A stretch of DNA of 64,000 nucleotides from the human T2T-CHM13v2.0 reference genome, Homo sapiens: assembly GCF_009914755.1 (NCBI RefSeq), contig NC_060942.1. One strand, 5' to 3'. A program made the position numbers and the translations under genes. The notes below the pieces were generated by a model. The model did no database searches. It had not been told where the DNA came from and worked only from the letters and a program-made list of their open reading frames with translations. The stretch's first letter is position 1. Every line of letters begins with the position of its first letter. Of the stretch, positions 15,301 through 29,900 are shown one piece after another.

Positions 15301-18300
15301 GATTAGGTCCAATGTTTCTTTGTTGATTTTCTGTCTGCATGATCTGTCCAATGCTGAAAGTGGAATGTTGAAATCTCCAGCTTTTATTGTACTGGGGCCT
15401 GTCTCTCTTTAGCTCTAATAATATTTGTGCTTACATATCTGGGTGCTCCAGTGTTGAGTGTATATATACTTACAATTGTTATATCCTCTTGCTGAATTGA
15501 CCCCTTTATCATTTTATAATCACCTTTGTCTCTTTTTACAGTTTTTGTCTTCAAATCTATTTTATCCAATGTAACTATCCTGCCCTTTTTTTGGCTTCTG
15601 TTGGCATGGAATATATTTCTCCATCCCTTTATTTTCCGTCTATGTGTGTCCTTATAGGTAAAGTGTGTTTCTTGTAGGCTATAGATGGTTGGCTTTTGCT
15701 TTTTTAACCATTCACCCACTCTACATCTTTTGATTGGTGAGTTTAGTCTATTTACATTAAATGTTATTATTAATAAGTTAGGACTTACTCTTGCCATTTT
15801 GTTGTTTGTTTTCTCGTTGTTTTGTGGTCTTCTCTTCCTTCTTTCATTCCTTCTGGTCTTCCTTTTAATGAAGGTGATTTTCGCTAGCGGGATGATTTAA
15901 TCTCTTGCTTTTTATTTTTTGTGTATCTTTTGTATGGTTCTTGATTTGAGGTCACCATGAGGCTAGCAATTCATATCTTATAACTGATGACAACTTAACA
16001 CTGATTACATGAATAAACAAAGCAAAAAGAACATTAATGAAAACTCTACAATTTAACTTTGTCCCCTTGCTTTTTAACTTTTTGTTGCTTCAGTCTGTAT
16101 CTTATTGTACTGTCTATGTCTGGAAAAGTTGTAGTTATTATTTTTTACTGGTTCATCCTTCTACTTAAGATAACAGTAGTTTATGTTCCATAATTACTGT
16201 GTTACAATATTCTGTGTTTTTCTGGGCATGTACTATTACCAGTGAGTTTTGTACCTTCAGGTGATTTGTTATTATTTGCTAATTAGCGTTCTTTTCTTTC
16301 ACATTAAATAACTCTCTTTAGCATTTCTTGTGGAACAGGTCTGGTGTTAACGAAATTCCTCAACTTTTGTTTGTCTAGGAAAGTCTTTATTTCTCCTTCC
16401 TGTTTGAAGGGTGTTTTCACTGTTTAAACTATTCTAAGGTTAAAGGTTTTTCCTTCAGTACTTTAACTATGTCATGCCAATCTCTCCTGGTCTGTAAGGT
16501 TTACACTGAAAAGCCTGCATCAGGCATATTGGTCCTCCATTGTAATTTATTTCTTTACTCTTGCTCCTTTTAGGGTCCTTTCTTTATGTTTGATTTTTGG
16601 GAGGTTGATTATTAAATGCCTTGTGCTGGTCTTCTTTGGGTTAAATCTGCTGCATTACTATAAGCTTCTTGTACTTGAATATTGATACCTTTCTCTAGGT
16701 ATGGGAATTTCTCTGTTATTATCCCTTTGAATAAGACTTATACCCCTATCTTTCCCTTCTAATGCCAATAATTTTTGGATTTGCCCTTTTGAGGCTATTT
16801 TCTAGATCTTGTAGGCAAGCTTCATTCATTTTTATTGTTTCTTTTGTCTCCTCTGACAGTGTATTTTCAAATAGCCTGTCTTCAAGCTCACTAATTCTTT
16901 CTTCTGTTTGATCAATTCTGCTATTAATAGACTCTGATACATTCTTTAACATGTTGATTGCATTTTTCAACTCCAGAATTTCTGCTTGATTCTTTTAAAT
17001 TATTTCAATTACTTGGTTAAACTTATCTGATAAGATTCTAAATTCCTTCTCTGTGTTATCTTGAATTTCTCTGAGTTTCCTCAAAACAGCTATTTTGAAT
17101 TCTCTGAAATATCACGTCTCTGTCTCTCCAGGATTGGTCCCTGGTCACTTACTAAGTTCATTTTGTGAGGTGATGTTTTCTGGATGGTCTTGATGCCTGT
17201 GGATGTTCATCAGTGTCTAGGCATTAAGGAGTAAGGTATTTATTGTCATCCTTGCAGTCTGTTTTGAGCTGCCTGGAGCTGGGGGAGGGATGACACAAGC
17301 ACCCCTATGGCAACCACCACTGGGACTGTACTGAGTCAGCTCTACAGCCAGCACAGCGCTGGGTCTCACTTACGGCCTGCAATAATCCAGGCTCCACTCT
17401 GACCCAGGGCAGGTCCAGAAATGCTATCCAAGAGCCACAGCCTGGAATTAGGGTCCCCAGGAGCCCACTTTTTGCTTTACCCCACCATGGCTGAGCTGCT
17501 GCATAAGCTGCAAGGTACTCTTCCCTCTGTTTTTCTCAAGCAGAAGCAGTCACTCCTCATAGCAGCCACAGCTGGGAATATTCTGGATCACACCTGAAGC
17601 CAGCACGTTTCAGTCTCACCCAAGGCTCACAGCATATACTACCTGGTTACCACAGCTGATTATTTATTGCTAAAGGGCTCTTTAGTCCGCAGGTGATGAA
17701 TCCTGCCAGGTGTGGGTCCTTCCCTTCAAGGCAGTGGGTTCTCTTCTGGCCCAGGATATGTCTAGAACTGTCATCTGGGAACTAGGACCTGGAATGAGGG
17801 TCTCACAACTCTGCCTGGTGCCCTATCCTACTGTGTCTGAGCTGGTATCCAAGTTGCAAAAGAAAGTCTTCTTTTCTCTTCCCTCTCCTCAAGTGGAGGG
17901 AAGGAGTCTCTCCAGGAACTGCAAGCTGCACTGCCTGGGGTTGGGAGGAGGTGATGCAAGCACTCTTGTTGATGCCCCATCTGGTGTCTCACTAGGTCGT
18001 GTGCCCTACACGTCTATTGGCTTTGAGCCCAGCACAGCACTGGGTGATGCCTAGGAGTTGCAGTCTTTCCAAGTTTATTGAGCACCCAGAGCACTTTAGC
18101 TCATGGTGGCAAGGCTTGCTGAAACTCAAGTTCTGATCACATGGATGAGCAATTCCACTCTGGCTAGAGCTGATCTAAATGCTCGCTCTGTGGACATTGG
18201 CTGAGTTCTGCCGGGTGTTGGCAGCACTGAGTTCCAGTGCAAACTCCTGCAATTGCCACGTTCTCCCTTCCCCAAACACATAGATTCTCTTTCCACCCCA

Positions 18301-18530
18301 CACAGCCGCCGCCAGAGAGGGGGGAGGGGTGGCATCAAGACTGTTTCAGTGACTCTTTCACTGATATGAAGTTAAAATCAGGTACTGTGTCTGCTCACCT
18401 GATTTTTGGTTCTTATGAAGGTGGTTTTTGTGTAGATCATTGTTAAATTTGGAATTCCTGTGGGGAGAACACCACAGGAACACAATTGGTGGAGACTTCT
18501 GTTGGGCCATCTTGCCCCACCCCTCTCTAG
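12395..18530 (-). mobile_element. Near full-length decayed L1MA1-3-type LINE-1, antisense, with a deletion near its 3' end
   Basis: L1MA 3' UTR at 12395-12585; ORF2 fragments (LLPKAIYRF...[24 protein letters not shown]-like ITFNVNRLNSPIKR...LQETH); ORF1 fragment 16746-16970; GC-richer 5' UTR 17270-18525; degenerate TSD ATAGCTA(C/T)ATT at 12384-12394 and 18533-18543. Confidence 0.93.
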
Positions 18531-18971
18531 CCATAGCTATATTAACATCAGAAAAATAGGCCTGGAGGCAAGAAGTATTACCAGACAAAAAATTTCAAAA
18601 TAATAAAAAGATCAATCACCATAAAAATGCATGCCCCTAATGAAAGCTTTGAAATACCTGAAACAAAAATTTGCAGAACTAAATGGAGAAATAGACATAT
18701 GTAGGATCATAGTTGGAGATACTAATTCCACTCCATTAGTATTTATTGGACAACTAGATCACATTCTTTACTAACCACTGAGCAACTGTAGACTGCACAC
18801 TGTTTTCAACTGCACATGGAAGGTTCATCAAAATAGATCATACTCTGGGCCATAAGACAAGTCTTAATATATTTAATGGAATCAAAATAATAACAACACA
18901 CATTCTCAGACCACAATGTTGCTAAATTAAAAATCAAAGTATCTAAAATGCCCTGATTTTTGGATAGCAAG

Positions 18972-19368
18972 TGTGATGGTTAATTTTATATATCAATTTG
19001 TCTGGGTCACAATGCCCAGATATCTGGTCACATAGAAGTCTGGATGTTTCTGTGAGGGTATCCTTGTATAGTTTGTACATTTAAATTGGTGGATGTGGAA
19101 TAAAGCAGACTGTCCTCCATAGATGGCTGGACCTCATCCAGTTAGTCCAAGGCCTCGATAGAACAAAAGGTTGACCTCCCCCCAAGCAAGGGGGAGTTCT
19201 CCAGCCAACTGCCTTCATACTTCATCGCAACATTGGCTCCTCCTGGTTCTACAGGCCTTTGGACTCAAAATGCAACTCTTTCCTGAGTCTCTACCTACCA
19301 GCCTCCCCTATGCGACTTTGGACTTGCCTCACCTCTACAATCATGTGAGCCAATTCCATAAAATAAAT

Positions 19369-19399
<31 letters not shown>

Positions 19400-19440
19400 T
19401 CCTATTGATTCTGTTTCTCTGGAGAATTCTGACTAATATA
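18972..19440 (+). mobile_element. MLT2-type solo LTR with internal (CA)n
   Basis: TGTGATGGTTAATTTTAT start, TTCTGTTTCTCTGGAGAATTCTGACTAATA end; 5-bp TSD GCAAG/GTAAG; CA repeat ~19373-19399. Confidence 0.88.
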
Positions 19441-19549
19441 GTAAGAAATGTACTCCAATACACTTCTAAATAATCAATAGGACTAAAAATAAATATAAAG
19501 GGAAATTTTAAATTATTTTAAACTGAATGATCATAAAAACACAACACAT

Positions 19550-20111
19550 TGTTAAAAGGAAAACTTCAGACAAATTAAATTCAACAAAGTTTAACTGAGC
19601 AAAGAACAACTGGAATATCCTGCAGCCCCCTGAACCAGAATAGGTTCAGAATGACTCCAGGGATGCCACCTGGTCAGTTAACATTTGTAGACAGAAAAAG
19701 GAAAGTGACTCCAGGGATGCCACCTGGTCAGTTAACATTTATAGACAGAAAAAGGAAAGTGACACACAGAAAACAAAAATGGGATGCAGGAACAGCAGGA
19801 CTGGTTGCAGTTGGGTGCCCAACTTCTCTGAACCTGGGTGGAACAATAGGCTGCCTGTGGTTGGCTGACATTCACTTCTGTGACTGGCTGGCAGGGCACC
19901 CGCCTTCTCTAAACCTGGGTGGAACAGTTGGCTGCCTGTGGTTGGCTGAAGTTCACTTCTGTGATTGGCTGGCACTCAGCTCCTTGTTACAAGAGCAGGT
20001 TGCAGTCTGTTTACTCATCAAATTGGGTTACAGCCCACTATGCGTAGAGAAACTCTTATGCTGAACCTCAAATATATACAGAGGAAACATTAAGCCAAAC
20101 ATAATTTAACA
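19550..20111 (-). mobile_element. MER57-like ERV1 solo LTR with internal tandem duplications
   Basis: TGTTAA...TTAACA termini; reverse complement starts TGTTAAATTATGTTTGGCTTAA; 4-bp TSD ACAT/ATAT. Confidence 0.8.
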
Positions 20112-20178
20112 ATATCAAAAACTATTGGATGAGTTTAAAGCAGTGCTTAGAGGGAAATGTATAGATTTAAGTGCTTCG

Positions 20179-20795
20179 GTGTGGCGATTCCTCAGGGATC
20201 TAGAACTAGAAATACCATTTGACCCAGCCATCCCATTACTGGGTATATACCCAAAGGACTATAAATCATGCTGCTATAAAGACACATGCACACGTATGTT
20301 TATTGCGGCACTATTCACAATAGCAAAGACTTGGAACCAACCCAAATGTCCAACAACAATAGACTGGATTAGGAAAATGTGGCACATATACACCATGGAA
20401 TACTATGCAGCCATAAAAAATGATGAGTTCATGTCCTTTGTAGGGACATGGATGAAGCTGGAAACGATCATTCTCAGCAAACTATCGCAAGGACAAAAAA
20501 CCAAACACTGCATGTTCTCACTCATAGATGGGAATTGAACAATGAGAACACATGGTCACAGGAAGGGGAACATCACACACCAGAGACTGTTGTGTGGTGG
20601 GGGGAGGGGGGAGGGATAGCATTAGGAGATATACCTAATGCTAAATGACGAGTTAATGGGTGTAGCACACCAACATGGCACATGTATACATATGTAACAA
20701 ACCTGCACATTGTGCACAGGTACCCTAAAACTTAAAGTATAATAATAATAAAATTAAAAAATAATAATAATAATAAATAAAAATAAAAATAAAAA
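20179..20795 (+). mobile_element. Young 5'-truncated L1PA3/4-type fragment (ORF2 C-terminus, 3' UTR, A-tail)
   Basis: WRFLRDLELEIPFDPAIPLLGIYPKDYKSCCYKDTCTRMF...; 3' UTR CCTAATGCTAAATGACGAGTTAATGGG; AAT-patterned tail. Confidence 0.95.
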
Positions 20796-21109
20796 AGAAG
20801 AAAGGCTTAAAATAAATGACCTAAGTTTTCACATCAAGGAGCTATAAAAAGAAGAGCATATCAATAATAAAGTAAATAGAAGGAAGGAAATAATAAATAT
20901 AAAAAAGGAAATTAATGACATTTAAAATCAAGAAATTTAATCAAGCCAAGCATTCGTTCTTTGAAAAGATTAATAAAATTGATCAAGAAAAATGATGGAG
21001 AATACAAATTACTAATATAAAAATAATAGAAATGGTATCACTGCAAATCCTACACAACTGAAAGCATAATGAGGAAATATTTTAAAACTTCATGCTCAAA
21101 GCCTCTGGA

Positions 21110-21345
21110 ATGTCCATCACCAAGAGTGAAGCCTGATGTGAACTATGGACTTCCAGTGATAATGATGTGTCAATGTATCAATGTAGGTTCATCACCTGTA
21201 ACAAATGTTACAAATTATAACCGATGATAGTGGGAGAAATCTATGAGTGGGGATGAGCAAGGAATGTATGGGAATTCTCTCTCTACATCCCATTCAATTT
21301 GGCTATGAACCTAATACTGCTCTAAAATATAAAGTATATTTTTTT
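21110..21345 (+). mobile_element. L1MB/MC-like 3' end fragment nested in the host ORF2
   Basis: CCAAGAGTGAAGCCTGATGTGAACTATGGACTT...GAACCTAATACTGCTCTAAAA. Confidence 0.6.
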
Positions 21346-22416
21346 AAGTCTCAAGACTTAAAAAAATTTTTTTGCCAATAAATTCAATAACCTAGATGAA
21401 GTGAACAAAATCCTTGACTAGCCATGTATGTATTATAGAAATTTAATTCATTATCAGAAACTACCCATGAAGAAAATTTCAAGCTCAGATCATTTTATAA
21501 ATGAATCTATCAAACATTTGAGAAAAAAAATTATACCAGTTTTACATAAGCCCTTTCATAAATACAAGAGGAAGAATTATTTTCCAATGCATTTTATGAG
21601 GCCAAGCAAATTATATCAAAACTTTACAAAGACATTATTTTAAAATTATAGATCAATATCTCTATGAACATAGACACAAAATTAACAAAATATGAGCAAA
21701 TTAAATCCAGAAATACATAAAAGTATAGATAAGTAGCATTCATAAATTTGAATACTCAATATTGCTAAGATATCAAGTTCCACAAATTGATATATAGATT
21801 CAGTTCATTCCTAGTCATAATCTTAGCATGCTTTTTCACAGAAATTAACAAACTGATCCTAAAATGAACATAGGAATTCTAAGGACCTAGAATAGTCATA
21901 AAAATCTTGAAAAAAAGAAGAACAATGTTGGAAGTCTCGCACTGTCTGACCTCAAATATTATTATAAAGCTACAGTAATCAAGAAAATGTGGTATTGACA
22001 TAAAAAAGAAAGAAAGGTTATTTAAAATAAAGATTGGAGAAATAAACCCATACTTATATGATCAAACAATTTTGGAAAAAGACATCAGTTGAACTAAAGG
22101 GGGAAAAGGGAAGTTTTTTTTAACAAACCATTCTTCAAAAATTGAATATACATATGAAAAACTAAAGATCTTTGACCCCTACCTTATACTATACACAAAA
22201 AGAAATTTGAGAAGTAGCACATCTAACCATAAAAGATAATACTACAAAGGTTCTACATAAAAACAGAGGAAAATATGTTCAAGATTTGGAAAAAGGAAAA
22301 GAATTCTTACAGACGACATTAGAAATTGGTAACTATATAGGAGAATTGAGATAAATTAGCCTTCAGTAATATCAAAAACTTCTGCTCATCAAAGTTACCA
22401 TTAACAAATGAATAGG

Positions 22417-22861
22417 TCACAATAGCTAAGACATGGAATCAACCTAAATGCCCATCAATGGTAGACTGAATAAAGAAAATGTGGTACATATACACCGTGG
22501 AACACTGTGCAGCCATAAAAACGAACGAGATCATGTCCTTTGCAGGAACACAGATGGAGCTGGAGGCCATCATCCTTAGCAAACTAACACAGAAACATAA
22601 AACCAAATACCACGTTTCTCACTTACAAGTGGGAGCTAAATGATAAGAACTCATGAATACAAAGAGAGGAACCATAGACACTAGGACCTGCTTGAGGGTA
22701 GAGGGTGGGAGGAGGGAGGGGATCAGAAAAAGTAACTATTGGTTACTAGGCTTAGTATCTGGGTGATGAAATAATCTGTACAACAAACCCCTGACACAAG
22801 TTTACACTTGTGTCAAACCTGCACATGTACCCATGAACCTAAAATAAAAGTTAAAAAAAAG
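22417..22861 (+). mobile_element. 5'-truncated L1PA15/16-type 3' fragment
   Basis: L1PA 3' UTR; TSD AAATGAATAGG (22406-22416, 22862-22872). Confidence 0.88.
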
Positions 22862-23759
22862 AAATGAATAGGCAAGCCACAGACTGGAAGAAAAGGTTTT
22901 AAAAACAAATATCTGATGATGTATTTGTCTCCAGAACACACAAATGTCTTGTACAACTGAATAGTAAAAAACAAACAACTCAAGAAAAATGAGCAAAATA
23001 CTTGAATAAATAAGCCACAAAAGAATATACATGAATGGATAATAAAAAGGTGAAAATTGTTCAAAATCATTAGTGACTACGGAAATACAAATTAAAACTA
23101 AAATGTGATACCACTAAACACTCACTATTATGAGTAGCATGAAAAAGTCTGTCAGCACTAAATGTTGGTGAGAATGTGGGAAAATGGGAACTCTCATATA
23201 TTGTTAGTGAGAGTGTAAAATGGTACTAACACTTTGGAAAGCAGTCTGATAATCTCTCTTAAAACTAAAGATACAATTACCAAAGTAATTGCACCAACCT
23301 TAAATATAGTTTATGGTAGTTTCATTCACGTTAGCTAAAAAGTGGAAAACAACACAAATGTTTATCAAGGGAATGGTTAAACGATTGCGGTATATTTCCA
23401 TGATGGAATATTATTCAGTAATAACAAGAAATGAACTATAAGCACATATAATAACATGGATGAATCTCACATACATTGTGTTAAGCAAAAGGAACTGGAT
23501 CAAAATCCCGCATCCCCTGTGATTCTCCCAATAGGAAGCTCTAGATTGAGCAACAGTAATTTTTGGTGAAAAAGAAATCAGAAAAGTGGCTGCTACTCAT
23601 TCAGAGGATATTGAATGGCAGGGGAAGGATATTGAATGGAAAAAGGTTTTCTAGGATCTAGGTTGTGTTTACGTGAGTGTATGCCTTGGTGAATACTTAC
23701 GCAATTGTACACTTAATTTGTATTTTACACTCTGTAAATTTTATCTCAAAAAAATAACT

Positions 23760-24840
23760 ACATAAATCATTAAACTCAGTCGATTTTTTTTTCTTACAGT
23801 GATATTGTTTAGCAACCGTGAAACTACTTTCTGTGCATGCTGGTGTTGAGCTTATGTGTAAACACACTGAGAAGAGCAGGGGCTGGATTCCTCACTGGTG
23901 GGGAAGTGAGCCACACAGACTGTTAGACTGGAGTTGGGTGTTCAGTATTAACTCACCATTTTCAGTGCCTAGCTGGCTAGCTAAACAATGACACAGAGGC
24001 AAGGGGAGGTGATAAGGAAGACAGACATGTGTGGACATACAAGCTTAGCACTATCAGCTGAGAGGCTAAAAGCAATGACACACCCACAGCTCCTAAATAC
24101 TTAGGTCTTGGCTTCTAAATCCCCTTCTTCACAAAAGGCACCAGGGTTGCTTGAAGAACAAGTTGATTCCAGGGCTGAGACAGGGAAAGTACATCGAGAA
24201 TCTGGAACTTCCTGTTGCACCAGAAGGAAAGGGGGTTCTCAAAGAATGACAGGGACATACTAGAGACAGAGCTATGAGCTTGAAGAAGCCCCTTCTCAAA
24301 TTTGCTCCTCAAAAGATATGATGATAGTAATGAAATGAACCCATTGAATAAAAAGGGAATCCATGAGTCCATACAGAAATAAGTAACAGGAAATCTCTAC
24401 CTACTATAAAATGCAAACCAATAGATATGGGGTTAGAAAATGGTCAATGGATGCTAAACCTTGTGGGTGGATGGATGTCTGATGAAGAACAAGATGTTTA
24501 CCCAACTCAGAGGAAATTTACAAAAGAAAAATTAGTGCTTTTACAGTGATTAAAGCAGACGGACCTCACATGAAGTGATCAACATCACCAATATCAGGAC
24601 AAACCGATATTACATGCCCCCTGATATTTGTTACACCGAGGGGAACACACTATTTCTATGGTATTTCTGCCAGAGAAGTACCAAGAGACAGAGAGTAAAA
24701 CAGAAATCACGACCAAACAAATAGGAGGAGATGGAAACAATTAATTAATTTAAATAACAGATATCTAGAAGTTGCTTAGAAAATTCCTGCAGTTTTTCAG
24801 TAAGTTTGAAAATATGTCAAAATTTTAAAATACCTAAAAA
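23760..24840 (+). mobile_element. L1MC3/4-like extended 3' end
   Basis: GAAACTACTTTCTGTG..., AACCCATTGAATAAAAAGGGAATCCATGAGTCCATAC. Confidence 0.55.
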
Positions 24841-25804
24841 ATAAATTATAAATTTTAAGACTAGGTAAAATGTGATTCAATTTTTAACCAACCTTTGAAA
24901 GAATTTTGAGTTCAAGTTGTGTAAAATGAGCCTTCCCATCACTATGGATTAGAGCATGTGTTAGTCAAGCCCTTTTGGACAATTTATTAATATACTTCCT
25001 AGTTAGACCTTGCAATTCTAGCGATTTACGTTTAAAACATGGATAAAGATTGGTAGGTGTGTAAATTCAAGTGTTCACAGAAACAACAATAAAAATTTTA
25101 AAGAATAGAAAAAACTACAGGTACTTTAATGCAGAAATGGAGGCTTTTCCATTCCATGCTTTGCTTGCCTCCTTTAGAAATATCCCGCATTCTATATACA
25201 CAATAATAAGCAAATTCCTAAGGTCCCAAACATTGAGTAATCTCTTAATTAATACTAAAAGTAGTCTCAGGGGAACTGAATGAAATCTCTTTCAACAGAG
25301 TAAAGTGTTACAAGAAAGACAGTGACCAACAAATGCAATGATCCCAGCACAGACTGAATGGCAGTGGCCGGGGGGCCGAAGGCAGGGGAGACAATTTCCT
25401 CCAAACCAACGCATTTTCAGACTTCTCCTGGAACAGTCACCCTTGCCCTGATCAAACACTCCTCACCTCTACAAATAAATTCTAATACATTTTTGGCCTA
25501 GAAAAATTTTCCTTATTGGGAAACTAGATTTGAAATAGCTTTCTCACCCTTAACAGGTAGTTTTTAAACATCAAAATGAATTATTGAAGATAACATTATT
25601 TGCTTATTATATTTAAATGTGAAAATTGCCCTTAAATGAAGTGAATAAGGAAAAAAAAATTGTTCCAAAAAAAAAAGAAAAAGAATAGCTAGTATAAGTC
25701 AACCAGCACTTCAAAAAATTTTCCTACAAAATCTGAATCCAAACACAGAAGACTAACATATACTAAATTCCCAACATTTCTTCTAGAAATGACTCCTCAC
25801 CCAT

Positions 25805-29094
<3,290 letters not shown>

Positions 29095-29589
29095 TGTATT
29101 AGCTTCCTGTTGCTGCTGTAGCAAATGACTACAGCTGCAGTGGCTTCACACCACACAGATGCATCGTCTCAGAGCCCTGGAGAGCAAAGTCTGAAATGAG
29201 TCTTCAGGGATAAATTCAAGATGTCAGCGGGGTGCCTTCCTTCTGGAGGCTCTAGGGGAGATCTGTTGCTTGCCCTGCCCAGCTTCTAGAGGCTGCCTCC
29301 ATTCCTCAGCTGGGGCCCCATCCTTCCTCCCAGTCAGCAATCTCATTGCTCCAACTTCTCCTTCCATTGTCATATCTGCTTCTCTGCTTCTCATTCTCTG
29401 CCTCCCTCTTCCATATATAAATGAGCCTGTGATTACATTAAGCCCACCTGGTATTCCAGGATAGTCTCCCTACCTCAAGATCCTTAACTCCATCTGCAAA
29501 GTCCCTTTTGCCATGTAAGGTAACACATTTAAAGCTTCCATGGATCAGGACATGGACAACTTTGGAGAGCCATTATACTGCCTACCACA
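29095..29589 (-). mobile_element. MLT1C/D-type MaLR solo LTR
   Basis: TGTATTAGCTTCCTGTTGCTGCTGTAGCAAAT...CTGGAGGCTCTAGGGGAGA...ATCTGCAAAGTCCCTTTTGCCATGTAAGGTAACA...CCTACCACA. Confidence 0.88.
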
Positions 29590-29731
29590 AGCAAATTTAA
29601 GGAGATCCTTACTCTGCCATTCCAGAAGCCTTTCTCCTTCCTTCCCGATTCTTAACCACATAATTCTACAGTGTTGACCTTCCCTTCTGACTGATGAAAA
29701 GAGCATGCGACTCAGGCCTGTGCCAACTACT

Positions 29732-29900
29732 TGTGTCAGTCAGGTTTTGCTAGGTTATTCCTCATAACAAACAATCCCCAAAAATCTAAGTGGATTACAA
29801 CAGTGACTTATTTATTGGTCATGTTACATACACATCACCATGGATCCACTGCAGTTCTACTGGTCTCTGCTCAACTCTCTTCTTTATTTCAGTATTACAG
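29732..29900 (-). mobile_element. Ancient MLT1 (J/K-like) LTR fragment
   Basis: TGTCAGTCAGG...CTAGGTTAT...TAACAAACAATCCCCAAAAATCTAAGTGGATTACAACA. Confidence 0.5.

Larger units (their letters stand above)
18544..23750 (+). mobile_element. Old L1M ORF2 and 3' UTR (host element, part 2) with nested insertions
   Basis: Decayed ORF2-like sequence (ATAGTTGGAGAT, AAAGCAGTGCTTAGAGGGAAAT, TATAAAGCTACAGTAATCAAG) continuous across the inserts. Confidence 0.8.

Noticed and set aside
12657-16970. ORFs resembling endonuclease, reverse transcriptase and ORF1p
   Set aside because: Frameshifted, stop-ridden fragments of a dead L1MA.
19651-20064. 137-aa ORF with internal peptide repeats
   Set aside because: The repeats only reflect tandem duplications within the LTR.
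20125-20538. 137-aa ORF with a well-conserved sequence
   Set aside because: Chance in-frame fusion of host L1 sequence to the ORF2 C-terminus of a truncated L1PA.
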